From assembly GCA_040954595.2 (NCBI GenBank), contig CM082587.2, positions 6,933,705 to 6,997,704 on the forward strand: a DNA stretch of 64,000 bases, in the 5' to 3' direction. Source of the DNA: Balanoglossus misakiensis. Its lineage: Eukaryota; Animalia; Hemichordata. Below the pieces are notes generated by a model, which did not search any database, had not been told where the DNA came from, and worked only from the letters and a program-made list of their open reading frames with translations. A program made the position numbers and the translations under genes. Position 1 is the stretch's first letter. Each line of letters begins with the position of its first letter. Shown here in pieces: positions 1-13,610 of the stretch.

Positions 1-3000
1 TATAGCCCATGAAAATCATCCAGAAATGACAAATTTTCGACTTTCCCGCAAATCAAAAAATGGTCATTTTTTCACAAAAACCATGGGTTATAGCCCATGA
101 AAATCACCCAGAAATGACAAATTTTCCACTTTCCGGCAAATCAAAAAATGGTCATTTTTTCACAAAAACCATGGGTTATAGCCCATGAAAATCACCCAGA
201 AATGACAAATTTTCGACTTTCCCGCAAATCAAAAAATGGTCATTTTTTCACAAAAACCATGGGTTATAGCCCATGAAAATCACCCAGAAATGACAAATTT
301 TCGACTTTCCCGCAAATCAAAAAATGGTCATTTTTTCACAAAAACCATGGGTTATAATTTGTCATTTCTGGATGATTTTCATGGGCTATAACCCATGGTT
401 TTTGTGAAAAAATGACCAAATCACCCAGAAATGACAAATTTTCGACTTTCCCGCAAATCAAAAAATGGTCATTTTTTCACAAAATCAAAAAATGGTCATT
501 TTTTCACAAAAACCATGGGTTATAGCCCATGAAAATCACCCAGAAATGACAAATTTTCGACTTTACCGCAAATCAAAAAATGGTCATTTTTTCACAAAAA
601 CCATGGGTTATAGCCCATGAAAATCATCCAGAAATGACAAATTTTCGACTTTCCGGCAAATCAAAAAATTGTCATTTTTTCACAAAAACCATGGGTTATA
701 GCCCATGAAAATCATCCAGAAATGACAAATTTTCGACTTTCCCGCAAATCAAAAAATGGTCATTTTTTCACAAAAACCATGGGTTATAGCCCATGAAAAT
801 CACCGAGAAATGACAAATTTTCGACTTTCCCGCAAATCAAAAAATGGTCATTTTTTCACAAAAACCATGGGTTATAGCCCATGAAAATCATCCAGAAATG
901 ACAAATTTTCGACTTTCCCGCAAATCAAACCCAAGGTTTTTGTGAAAAAATGACCATTTTTTGATTTGCGTTAAAGTCGAAAATTTGTCATTTCTGGATG
1001 ATTTTCATGGGCTATAACCCATGGTTTTTGTGAAAAAATGACCATTTTTTGATTTGCGGGAAAGTCGAAAATTTGTCATTTCTGGATGATTTTCATGGGC
1101 TATAACCCATGGTTTTTGTGAAAAAATGACCATTTTTTGATTTGCCGGAAAGTCGAAAATTTGTCATTTCTGGATGATTTTCATGGGCTATAACCCATGG
1201 TTTTTGTGAAAAAATGACCATTTTTTGATTTGCGGGAAAGTCGAAAATTTGTCATTTCTGGATGATTTTCATGGGCTATAACCCATGGTTTTTGTGAAAA
1301 AATGACCATTTTTTGATTTGCGGGAAAGTCGAAAATTTGTCATTTCTGGATGATTTTCATGGGCTATAACCCATGGTTTTTGTGAAAAAATGACCATTTT
1401 TTGATTTGCGGGAAAGTCGAAAATTTTTCATTTCTGGATGATTTTCATGGGCTATAACCCATGGTTTTTGTGAAAAAATGACCATTTTTTGATTTGCGGG
1501 AAAGTCGAAAATTTGTCATTTCTGGATGATTTTCATGGGCTATAACCCATGGTTTTTGTGAAAAAATGACCATTTTTTGATTTGCGGGAAAGTCGAAAAT
1601 TTGTCATTTCTGGATGATTTTCATGGGCTATAACCCATGGTTTTTGTGAAAAAATGACCATTTTTGGATTTGCGGGAAAGTCGAAAATTTGTCATTTCTG
1701 GATGATTTTCATGGGCTATAACCCATGGTTTTTGTGAAAAAATGACCATTTTTGGATTTGCCGGAAAGTCGAAAATTTGTCATTTCTGGATGATTTTCAT
1801 GGGCTATAACCCATGGTTTTTGTGAAAAAATGACCATTTTTTGATTTGCGGGAAAGTCGAAAATTTGTCATTTCTGGATGATTTTCATGGGCTATAACCC
1901 ATGGTTTTTGTGAAAAAATGACCATTTTTTAATTTGCGGCAAAGTCGAAAATTTGTCATTTCTGGATGATTTTCATGGGCTATAACCCATGGTTTTTGTG
2001 AAAAAATGACCATTTTTTGATTTGCGGCAAAGTCGAAAATATGTCATTTCTGGATGATTTTCATGGGCTATAACCCATGGTTTTTGTGAAAAAATGACCA
2101 TTTTTTGATTTGCCGGAAAGTCGAAAATTTGTCATTTCTGGATGATTTTCATGGGCCATAACCCATGGTTTTTGTGAAAAAATGACCATTTTTTGATTTG
2201 CGGGAAAGTCGAAAATTTTTCATTTCTGGATGATTTTCATGGGCTATAACCCATGGTTTTTGTGAAAAAATGACCATTTTTTGATTTGCCGGAAAGTCGA
2301 AAATTTGTCATTTCTGGATGATTTTCATGGGCCATAACCCATGGTTTTTGTGAAAAAATGACCATTTTTTGATTTGCGGGAAAGTCGAAAATTTTTCATT
2401 TCTGGATGATTTTCATGGGCTATAACCCATGGTTTTTGTGAAAAAATGACCATTTTTTGATTTGCGGGACAGTCGAAAATTTGTCATTTCTGGATGATTT
2501 TCATGGGCTATAACCCATGGTTTTTGTGAAAAAATGACCATTTTTTGATTTGCGGGAAAGTCTAAAATTTGTCATTTCTGGATGATTTTCATGGGCTATA
2601 ACCCATGGTTTTTGTGAAAAAATGACCATTTTTTGATTTGCGGGAAAGTCGAAAATTTGTCATTTCTGTATGATTTTCATGGGCTATAACCCATGGTTTT
2701 TGTGAAAAAATGACCATTTTTGGATTTGCGGGAAAGTCGAAAATTTGTCATTTCTGGATGATTTTCATGGGCTATAACCCATGGTTTTTGTGAAAAAATG
2801 ACCATTTTTTGATTTGCGGGAAAGTCGAAAATTTGTCATTTCTGGATGATTTTCATGGGCTATAACCCATGGTTTTTGTGAAAAAATGACCATTTTTTGA
2901 TTTGCGGGAAAGTCGAAAATTTGTCATTTCTGGATGATTTTCATGGGCTATAACCCATGGTTTTTGTGAAAAAATGACCATTTTTTGATTTGCGGGAAAG

Positions 3001-6000
3001 TCGAAAATTTGTCATTTCTGGATGATTTTCATGGGCTATAACCCATGGTTTTTGTGAAAAAATGACCATTTTTTGATTTGCGGGAAAGTCGAAAATTTGT
3101 CATTTCTGGATGATTTTCATGGGCTATAACCCATGGTTTTTGTGAAAAAATTACCATTTTTTGATTTGCGGGAAAGTCGAAAATTTGTCATTTCTGGATG
3201 ATTTTCATGGGCTATAACCCATGGTTTTTGTGAAAAAATGACCATTTTTTTGATTTGCGGGAAAGTCGAAAATTTATCATTTCTGGATGATTTTCATGGG
3301 CTATAACCCATGGTTTTTGTGAAAAAATGACCATTTTTTGATTTGCGGGAAAGTCGAAAATTTGTCATTTCTGGATGATTTTCATGGGCTATAACCCATG
3401 GTTTTTGTGAAAAAATGACCATTTTTTGATTTGCGGGAAAGTCGAAAATTTGTCATTTCTGGATGATTTTCATGGGCTATAACCCATGGTTTTTGTGAAA
3501 AAATGACCATTTTTTGATTTGCGGGAAAGTCGAAAATTTGTCATTTCTGGATGATTTTCATGGGCTATAACCCATGGTTTTTGTGAAAAAATGACCATTT
3601 TTTGATTTGCGGGAAAGTCGAAAATTTGTCATTTCTGGATGATTTTCATGGGCTATAACCCATGGTTTTTGTGAAAAAATGACCATTTTTTGATTTGCCG
3701 GAAAGTCGAAAATTTGTCATTTCTGGGTGATTTTCATGGGCTATAACCCATGGTTTTTGTGAAAAAATGACCTTTTTTTGATTTGCGGGAAAGTCGAAAA
3801 TTTGTCATTTCTGGATGATTTTCATGGGCTATAACCCATGGTTTTTGTGAAAAAATGACCATTTTTTGATTTGCGGGAAAGTCGAAAATTTGTCATTTCT
3901 GGATGATTTTCATGGGCTATAACCCATGGTTTTTGTGAAAAAATGACCATTTTTTGATTTGCGGGAAAGTCGAAAATTTGTCATTTCTGGATGATTTTCA
4001 TGGGCTATAACCCATGGTTTTTGTGAAAAAATGACCATTTTTTGATTTGCCGGAAAGTCGAAAATTTGACATTTCTGGATGATTTTCATGGGCTATAACC
4101 CATGGTTTTTGTGAAAAAATGACCATTTTTTGATTTGCGGGAAAGTCGAAAATTTGTCATTTCTGGATGATTTTCATGAGCTATAACCCATGGTTTTTGT
4201 GAAAAAATGACCATTTTTTGATTTGCCGGAAAGTCGAAAATTTGTCATTTCTGGATGATTTTCATGGGTTATAACCCATGGTTTTTGTGAAAAAATGACC
4301 ATTTTTTGATTTGCCGGAAAGTCGAAAATTTGTCATTTCTGGATGATTTTCATGGGCTATAACCCATGGTTTTTGTGAAAAAATGACCATTTTTTGATTT
4401 GCGGGAAAGTCGAAAATTTGTCATTTCTGGATGATTTTCATGGGCTATAACCCATGGTTTTTGTGAAAAAATGACAATTTTTTGATTTGCCGGAAAGTCG
4501 AAAATTTGTCATTTCTGGATGATTTTCATGGGCTATAACCCATGGTTTTTGTGAAAAAATGACCATTTTTTGATTTGCGGGAAAGTCGAAAATTTGTCAT
4601 TTCTGGATGATTTTCATGGGCTATAACCCATGGTTTTTGTGAAAAAATGACCATTTTTTGATTTGCGGGAAAGTCGAAAATTTGTCATTTCTGGATGATT
4701 TTCATGGGCTATAACCCATGGTTTTTGTGAAAAAATGACCATTTTTTGATTTGCGGGAAAGTCGAAAATTTGTCATTTCTGGATGATTTTCATGGGCTAT
4801 AACCCATGGTTTTTGTGAAAAAATGACCATTTTTTGATTTGCGGGAAAGTCGAAAATTTGTCATTTCTGGATGATTTTCATGGGCTATAACCCATGGTTT
4901 TTGTGAAAAAATGACCATTTTTTGATTTGCGGGAAAGTCGAAAATTTGTCATTTCTGGATGATTTTCATGGGCTATAACCCATGGTTTTTGTGAAAAAAT
5001 GACCATTTTTTGATTTGCGGGAAAGTCGAAAATTTGTCATTTCTGGATGATTTTCATGGTTTTTGTGAAAAAATGACCATTTTTTGATTTGCGGGAAAGT
5101 CGAAAATTTGTCATTTCTGGATGATTTTCATGGGCTATAACCCATGGTTTTTGTGAAAAAATGACCATTTTTTGATTTGCGGGAAAGTCGAAAATTTGTC
5201 ATTTCTGGATGATTTTCATGGGCTATAACCCATGGTTTTTGTGAAAAAATGACCATTTTTTGATTTGCGGGAAAGTCGAAAATTTGTCATTTCTGGATGA
5301 TTTTCATGGGCTATAACCCATGGTTTTTGTGAAAAAATGACCATTTTTTGATTTGCGGGAAAGTCGAAAATTTGTCATTTCTGGATGATTTTCATGGGCT
5401 ATAACCCATGGTTTTTGTGAAAAAATGACCATTTTTTGATTTGCGGGAAAGTCGAAAATTTGTCATTTCTGGATGATTTTCATGGGCTATAACCCATGGT
5501 TTTTGTGAAAAAATGGCCATTTTTTAATTTGCGGCAAAGTCGAAAATTTGTCATTTCTGGATGATTTTCATGGGCTATAACCCATGGTTTTTGTGAAAAA
5601 ATGACCATTTTTTGATTTGCGGCAAAGTCGAAAATATGTCATTTCTGGATGATTTTCATGGGCTATAACCCATGGTTTTTGTGAAAAAATGACCATTTTT
5701 TGATTTGCCGGAAAGTCGAAAATTTGTCATTTCTGGATGATTTTCATGGGCCATAACCCATGGTTTTTGTGAAAAAATGACCATTTTTTGATTTGCGGGA
5801 AAGTCGAAAATTTGTCATTTCTGGATGATTTTCATGGGCTATAACCCATGGTTTTTGTGAAAAAATGAACATTTTTTGATTTGCGGGAAAGTCGAAAATT
5901 TGTCATTTCTGGGTGATTTTCATGGGCTATAACCCATGGTTTTTGTGAAAAAATGACCATTTTTTTATTTGCGGGAAAGTCGAAAATTTGTCATTTCTGG

Positions 6001-9000
6001 ATGATTTTCATGGGCTATAACCCATGGTTTTTGTGAAAAAATGACCATTTTTTGATTTGCGGGAAAGTCGAAAATTTGTCATTTCTGGATGATTTTCATG
6101 GGCCATAACCCATGGTTTTTGTGAAAAAATGACCATTTTTTGATTTGCGGGAAAGTCGAAAATTTGTCATTTCTGGATGATTTTCATGGGCTATAACCCA
6201 TGGTTTTTGTGAAAAAATGACAATTTTTTTGATTTGCGGGAAAGTCGAAAATTTGTCATTTCTGGATGATTTTCATGGGCTATAACCCATGGTTTTTGTG
6301 AAAAAATGACCATTTTTTGATTTGCGGGAAAGTCGAAAATTTGTCATTTCTGGATGATTTTCATGGGCTATAACCCATGGTTTTTGTGAAAAAATGACCA
6401 TTTTTTGATTTGCGGGAAAGTCGAAAATTTGTCATTTCTGGATGATTTTCATGGGCTATAACCCATGGTTTTGTGAAAAACTGACCATTTTTTGATTTGC
6501 GGGAAAGTCGAAAATTTGTCATTTCTGGATGATTTTCATGGGCTATAACCCATGGTTTTTGTGAAAAAATGACCATTTTTTGATTTGCGGGAAAGTCGAA
6601 AATTTGTCATTTCTGGATGATTTTCATGGGCTATAACCCATGGTTTTTGTGAAAAAATGACCATTTTTTGATTTGCCGGAAAGTCGAAAATTTGTCATTT
6701 CTGGGTGATTTTCATGGGCTATAACCCATGGTTTTTGTGAAAAAATGACCTTTTTTTGATTTGCGGGAAAGTCGAAAATTTGTCATTTCTGGATGATTTT
6801 CATGGGCTATAACCCATGGTTTTTGTGAAAAAATGACCATTTTTTGATTTGCGGGAAAGTCGAAAATTTGTCATTTCTGGATGATTTTCATGGGCTATAA
6901 CCCATGGTTTTTGTGAAAAAATGACCATTTTTTGATTTGCGGCAAAGTCGAAAATATGTCATTTCTGGATGATTTTCATGGGCTATAACCCATGGTTTTT
7001 GTGAAAAAATGACCATTTTTTGATTTGCGGGAAAGTCGAAAATTTGTCATTTCTGGGTGATTTTCATGGGCTATAACCCATGGTTTTTGTGAAAAAATGA
7101 CCATTTTTTTATTTGCGGGAAAGTCGAAAATTTGTCATTTCTGGATGATTTTCATGGGCTATAACCCATGGTTTTTGTGAAAAAATGACCATTTTTTGAT
7201 TTGCGGGAAAGTCGAAAATTTGTCATTTCTGGATGATTTTCATGGGCCATAACCCATGGTTTTTGTGAAAAAATGACCATTTTTTGATTTGCGGGAAAGT
7301 CGAAAATTTGTCATTTCTGGATGATTTTCATGGGCTATAACCCATGGTTTTTGTGAAAAAATGACCATTTTTTTGATTTGCGGGAAAGTCGAAAATTTGT
7401 CATTTCTGGATGATTTTCATGGGCTATAACCCATGGTTTTTGTGAAAAAATGACCATTTTTTGATTTGCGGGAAAGTCGAAAATTTGTCATTTCTGGATG
7501 ATTTTCATGGGCTATAACCCATGGTTTTTGTGAAAAAATGACCATTTTTTGATTTGCGGGAAAGTCGAAAATTTGTCATTTCTGGATGATTTTCATGGGC
7601 TATAACCCATGGTTTTTGTGAAAAAATTACCATTTTTTGATTTGCGGGAAAGTCGAAAATTTGTCATTTCTGGATGATTTTCATGGGCTATAACCCATGG
7701 TTTTTGTGAAAAAATGACCATTTTTTGATTTGCGGGAAAGTCGAAAATTTGTCATTTCTGGATGATTTTCATGGGCTATAACCCATGGTTTTTGTGAAAA
7801 AATGACCATTTTTTGATTTGCCGGAAAGTCGAAAATTTGTCATTTCTGGGTGATTTTCATGGGCTATAACCCATGGTTTTTGTGAAAAAATGACCTTTTT
7901 TTGATTTGCGGGAAAGTCGAAAATTTGTCATTTCTGGATGATTTTCATGGGCTATAACCCATGGTTTTTGTGAAAAAATGACCATTTTTTGATTTGCGGG
8001 AAAGTCGAAAATTTGTCATTTCTGGATGATTTTCATGGGCTATAACCCATGGTTTTTGTGAAAAAATGACCATTTTTTGATTTGCGGGAAAGTCGAAAAT
8101 TTGTCATTTCTGGATGATTTTCATGGGCTATAACCCATGGTTTTTGTGAAAAAATGACCATTTTTTGATTTGCCGGAAAGTCGAAAATTTGTCATTTCTG
8201 GGTGATTTTCATGGGCTATAACCCATGGTTTTTGTGAAAAAATGACCTTTTTTTGATTTGCGGGAAAGTCGAAAATTTGTCATTTCTGGATGATTTTCAT
8301 GGGCTATAACCCATGGTTTTTGTGAAAAAATGACCATTTTTTGATTTGCGGGAAAGTCGAAAATTTGTCATTTCTGGATGATTTTCATGGGCTATAACCC
8401 ATGGTTTTTGTGAAAAAATGACCATTTTTTGATTTGCGGGAAAGTCGAAAATTTGTCATTTCTGGATGATTTTCATGGGCTATAACCCATGGTTTTTGTG
8501 AAAAAATGACCATTTTTTGATTTGCCGGAAAGTCGAAAATTTGTTATTTCTGGATGATTTTCATGGGCTATAACCCATGGTTTTTGTGAAAAAATGACCA
8601 TTTTTTGATTTGCGGGAAAGTCGAAAATTTGTCATTTCTGGATGATTTTCATGGGCTATAACCCATGGTTTTTGTGAAAAAATGACCATTTTTTGATTTG
8701 CGGGAAAGTCGAAAATTTGTCATTTCTGGATGATTTTCATGGGCTATAACCCATGGTTTTTGTGAAAAAATGACCATTTTTTGATTTGCGGGAAAGTCGA
8801 AAATTTGTCATTTCTGGATGATTTTCATGGGCTATAACCCATGGTTTTTGTGAAAAAATGACCATTTTTTGATTTGCGGGAAAGTCGAAAATTTGTCATT
8901 TCTGGATGATTTTCATGGGCTATAACCCATGGTTTTTGTGAAAAAATGACCATTTTTTGATTTGCGGGAAAGTCGAAAATTTGTCATTTCTGGATGATTT

Positions 9001-12000
9001 TCATGGGCTATAACCCATGGTTTTTGTGAAAAAATGACCATTTTTTGATTTGCGGGAAAGTCGAAAATGTGTCATTTCTGGATGATTTTCATGGGCTATA
9101 ACCCATGGTTTTTGTGAAAAAATGACCATTTTTTGATTTGCCGGAAAGTCGAAAATTTGTCATTTCTGGATGATTTTCATGGGCTATAACCCATGGTTTT
9201 TGTGAAAAAATGACCATTTTTTGATTTGCGGGAAAGTCGAAAATTTGTCATTTCTGGATGATTTTCATGGGCTATAACCCATGGTTTTTGTGAAAAAATG
9301 ACAATTTTTTGATTTGCGGGAAAGTCGAAAATTTGTCATTTCTGGATGATTTTCATGGGCTATAACCCATGGTTTTTGTGAAAAAATGACCATTTTTTGA
9401 TTTGCGGGAAAGTCGAAAATTTGTCATTTCTGGATGATTTTCATGGGCTATAACCCATGGTTTTTGTGAAAAAATGACCATTTTTTGATTTGCGGGAAAG
9501 TCGAAAATTTGTCATTTCTGGATGATTTTCATGGGCGATAACCCATGGTTTTTGTGAAAAAATGACCATTTTTTGATTTGCGGGAAAGTCGAAAATTTGT
9601 CATTTCTGGATGATTTTCATGGGCTATAACCCATGGTTTTTGTGAAAAAATGACCATTTTTTGATTTGCGGGAAAGTCGAAAATTTGTCATTTCTGGATG
9701 ATTTTCATGGGCTATAACCCATGGTTTTTGTGAAAAAATGACCATTTTTTGATTTGCGGGAAAGTCGAAAATTTGTCATTTCTGGATGATTTTCATGGGC
9801 TATAACCCATGGTTTTTGTGAAAAAATGACCATTTTTTGATTTGCGGGAAAGTCGAAAATTTGTCATTTCTGGATGATTTTCATGGGCTATAACCCATGG
9901 TTTTTGTGAAAAAATGACCATTTTTTATAACCCTTGGTTTTTGTGAAAAAATGACCATTTTTTGATTTGCCGGGAAAGTCGAAAATTTGTCATTTCTGGA
10001 TGATTTTCATGGGCTATAACCCATGGTTTTTGTGAAAAAATGACCATTTTTTGATTTGCGGGAAAGTCGAAAATTTGTCATTTCTGGATGATTTTCATGG
10101 GCTATAACCCATGGTTTTTGTGAAAAAATGACCATTTTTTGATTTGCGGGAAAGTCGAAAATTTGTCATTTCTGGATGATTTTCATGGGCTATAACCCAT
10201 GGTTTTTGTGAAAAAATGACCATTTTTTGATTTGCGGGAAAGTCGAAAATTTGTCATTTCTGGATGATTTTCATGGGCTATAACCCATGGTTTTTGTGAA
10301 AAAATGACCATTTTTTGATTTGCGGGAAAGTCGAAAATTTGTCATTTCTGGATGATTTTCATTGGCTATAACCCATGGTTTTTGTGAAAAAATGACCATT
10401 TTTTGATTTGCGGGAAAGTCGAAAATTTGTCATTTCTGGATGATTTTCATGGGCTATAACCCATGGTTTTTGTGAAAAAATGACCATTTTTTGATTTGCG
10501 GGAAAGTCGAAAATTTGTCATTTCTGGATGATTTTCATGGGCTATAACCCATGGTTTTTGTGAAAAAATGACCATTTTTTGATTTGCGGGAAAGTCGAAA
10601 ATTTGTCATTTCTGGATGATTTTCATGAGCTATAACCCATGGTTTTTGTGAAAAAATGACCATTTTTTGATTTGCCGGGAAAGTCGAAAATTTGTCATTT
10701 CTGGATGATTTTCATGGGCTATAACCCATGGTTTTTGTGAAAAAATGACCATTTTTTGATTTCCGGGAAAGTCGAAAATTTGTCATTTCTGGATGATTTT
10801 CATGAGCTATAACCCATGGTTTTTGTGAAAAAATGACCATTTTTTGATTTGCGGGAAAGTCGAAAATTTGTCATTTCTGGATGATTTTCATGGGCTATAA
10901 CCCATGGTTTTTGTGAAAAAATGACCATTTTTTGATTTGCGGGAAAGTCGAAAATTTGTCATTTCTGGATGATTTTCATGGGCTATAACCCATGGTTTTT
11001 GTGAAAAAATGACCATTTTTTGATTTGCGGGAAAGTCGAAAATTTGTCATTTCTGGATGATTTTCATGGGCTATAACCCATGGTTTTTGTGAAAAAATGA
11101 CCATTTTTTGATTTGCGGGAAAGTCGAAAATTTGTCATTTCTGGATGATTTTCATGGGCTATAACCCATGGTTTTTGTGAAAAAATGACCATTTTTTGAT
11201 TTGCGGGAAAGTCGAAAATTTGTCATTTCTGGATGATTTTCATGGGCTATAACCCATGGTTTTTGTGAAAAAATGACCATTTTTTATAACCCATGGTTTT
11301 TGTGAAAAAATGACCATTTTTTGATTTGCCGGGAAAGTCGAAAATTTGTCATTTCTGGATGATTTTCATGGGCTATAACCCATGGTTTTTGTGAAAAAAT
11401 GACCATTTTTTGATTTGCGGGAAAGTCGAAAATTTGTCATTTCTGGATGATTTTCATGAGCTATAACCCATGGTTTTTGTGAAAAAATGACCATTTTTTG
11501 ATTTGCGGGAAAGTCGAAAATTTGTCATTTCTGGATGATTTTCATGGGCTATAACCCATGGTTTTTGTGAAAAAATGACCATTTTTTGATTTGCGGGAAA
11601 GTCGAAAATTTGTCATTTCTGGATGATTTTCATGGGCTATAACCCATGGTTTTTGTGAAAAAATGACCATTTTTTGATTTGCGGGAAAGTCGAAAATTTG
11701 TCATTTCTGGATGATTTTCATGGGCTATAACCCATGGTTTTTGTGAAAAAATGACCATTTTTTGATTTGCGGGAAAGTCGAAAATTTGTCATTTCTGGAT
11801 GATTTTCATGGGCTATAACCCATGGTTTTTGTGAAAAAATGACCATTTTTTGATTTGCGGGAAAGTCGAAAATTTGTCATTTCTGGATGATTTTCATGGG
11901 CTATAACCCATGGTTTTTGTGAAAAAATGACCATTTTTTGATTTGCGGGAAAGTCGAAAATTTGTCATTTCTGGATGATTTTCATGGGCTATATATAACC

Positions 12001-12680
12001 CATGGTTTTTGTGAAAAAATGACCATTTTTTGATTTGCGGGAAAGTCGAAAATTTGTCATTTCTGGATGATTTTCATGGGCTATAACCCATGGTTTTTGT
12101 GAAAAAATGACCATTTTCTGATTTGCGGGAAAGTCGAAAATTTGTCATTTCTGGATGATTTTCATGGGCTATAACCCATGGTTTTTGTGAAAAAATGACC
12201 ATTTTTTGATTTGCGGGAAAGTCGAAAATTTGTCATTTCTGGATGATTTTCATGGGCTATAACCCATGGTTTTTGTGAAAAAATGACCATTTTTTGATTT
12301 GCGGGAAAGTCGAAAATTTGTCATTTCTGGATGATTTTCATGGGCTATAACCCATGGTTTTTGTGAAAAAATGACCATTTTTTGATTTGCGGGAAAGTCG
12401 AAAATTTGTCATTTCTGGATGATTTTCATGGGCTATAACCCATGGTTTTTGTGAAAAAATGACCATTTTTTGATTTGCCGGAAAGTCGAAAATTTGTCAT
12501 TTCTGGATGATTTTCATGGGCTATAACCCATGGTTTTTGTGAAAAAATGACCATTTTCTGATTTGCGGGAAAGTCGAAAATTTGTCATTTCTGGATGATT
12601 TTCATGGGCTATAACCCAATATAACCCATGGTTTTTGTGAAAAAATGACCATTTTTTGATTTGCGGTTAAGTCGAAAACA
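1..12680. repeat. 88-bp tandem satellite array, ~144 units, runs off the left edge of the window
   Basis: TATAGCCCAT recurs at 1, 89 and 177 (period 88). Main-arm consensus: GCTATAACCCATGGTTTTTGTGAAAAAATGACCATTTTTTGATTTGCGGGAAAGTCGAAAATTTGTCATTTCTGGATGATTTTCATGG. Units 1-~929 are in one orientation and ~929-12680 in the opposite. One NcoI site (CCATGG) per unit. Confidence 0.99.
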
Positions 12681-13024
12681 TCAAAATTCCGAAACATCAA
12701 AATTTCTTCGATTTTTGATAAAAATCATGGGTTATAGCTAAGCTGAATTGTGATCAGACTTTTGATTATTGGCAACTTTCGACCTACTGTTCTTTACTTC
12801 AGCTACTTTAAAAAATAAATTTAGGTCAATAAGAGACCAGAATTTCTTTCAACAGTTGTAGGTGACCTTTTAGCTAAATGCTTTAAACCTCAACATCAGT
12901 AGTATGTATAGACAAATACAGATATCGGTTGGTATAGCCAATTAAGGAGAAAGAATTTGCCTAAATTGTGATGACCTTTTACCTATCTTTTCAAATGCTA
13001 AACTTGAGTGTCAACGAGACGATT

Positions 13025-13610
13025 GTTTTCAAATCAAGGACCGACTTTTGATCACGTTTTAATAATTATTTTGGCATTGGGCGAATAAAATGACACGAGT
13101 ACCAGATAAGTCTTTTGTTTACTCTATCTTTATTGAATAATTGTTTTAAAAGAACACAAATTCAAAGTGTTAATACAGAGGATAGACACGACGTTCTGTT
13201 GACCTGGATAAAGGAAAAAAAAACATTACCAGTGGAGATTGTGTCGTTTTGTTAAATACTGCTTGAAATCCCCACAGCATCCACGGGTCTTCACTCGGCC
13301 ATGAAACATACAAGCACTTACCTCATGTAGTCACTGTTGCATGGCCGGAATATACAACTTGCACACAGACACACACTCACATAAGAAGCACCTTTTGAAC
13401 CATTCAAAGTCGGGGGGTTACATGCTCCAGTCAGAATAATTTATAATTGATGCAAGCAGGATACTTTTTTAGGGTCAGTGAGAACTGATTTAATTTGTTT
13501 TCAAATCAAGGACCGACTTTCAAACAACTTTCAATAATTATCTTAGCATTGGTTGAATAAAATGATACAGAGACAAGTTAAATCTTTCGTTTCATTCTCG
13601 TTTTATTAAA
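13025..13610. repeat. Diverged ~100-bp direct duplication (13025-~13135 and 13497-~13610)
   Basis: Both copies begin GTTTTCAAATCAAGGACCGACTTT and continue AATAATTAT...GCATTGG..GAATAAAATGA. Confidence 0.8.

Noticed and set aside
6361-6576. 71-aa repetitive ORF
   Set aside because: Chance read-through caused by a 1-bp deletion in one satellite unit
1-12680. CRISPR array
   Set aside because: Units are contiguous and near-identical with no unique spacers, there are no cas genes, and the context is eukaryotic
930-12680. Satellite-encoded hammerhead ribozyme (CTGGATGA ... GAAA)
   Set aside because: The core reads CUGGAUGA rather than CUGANGA, and I could not build stems I-III around it
1-12680. 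Telomeric repeat (TAACCC in each unit)
   Set aside because: Only one hexamer per 88 bp; no tandem TTAGGG
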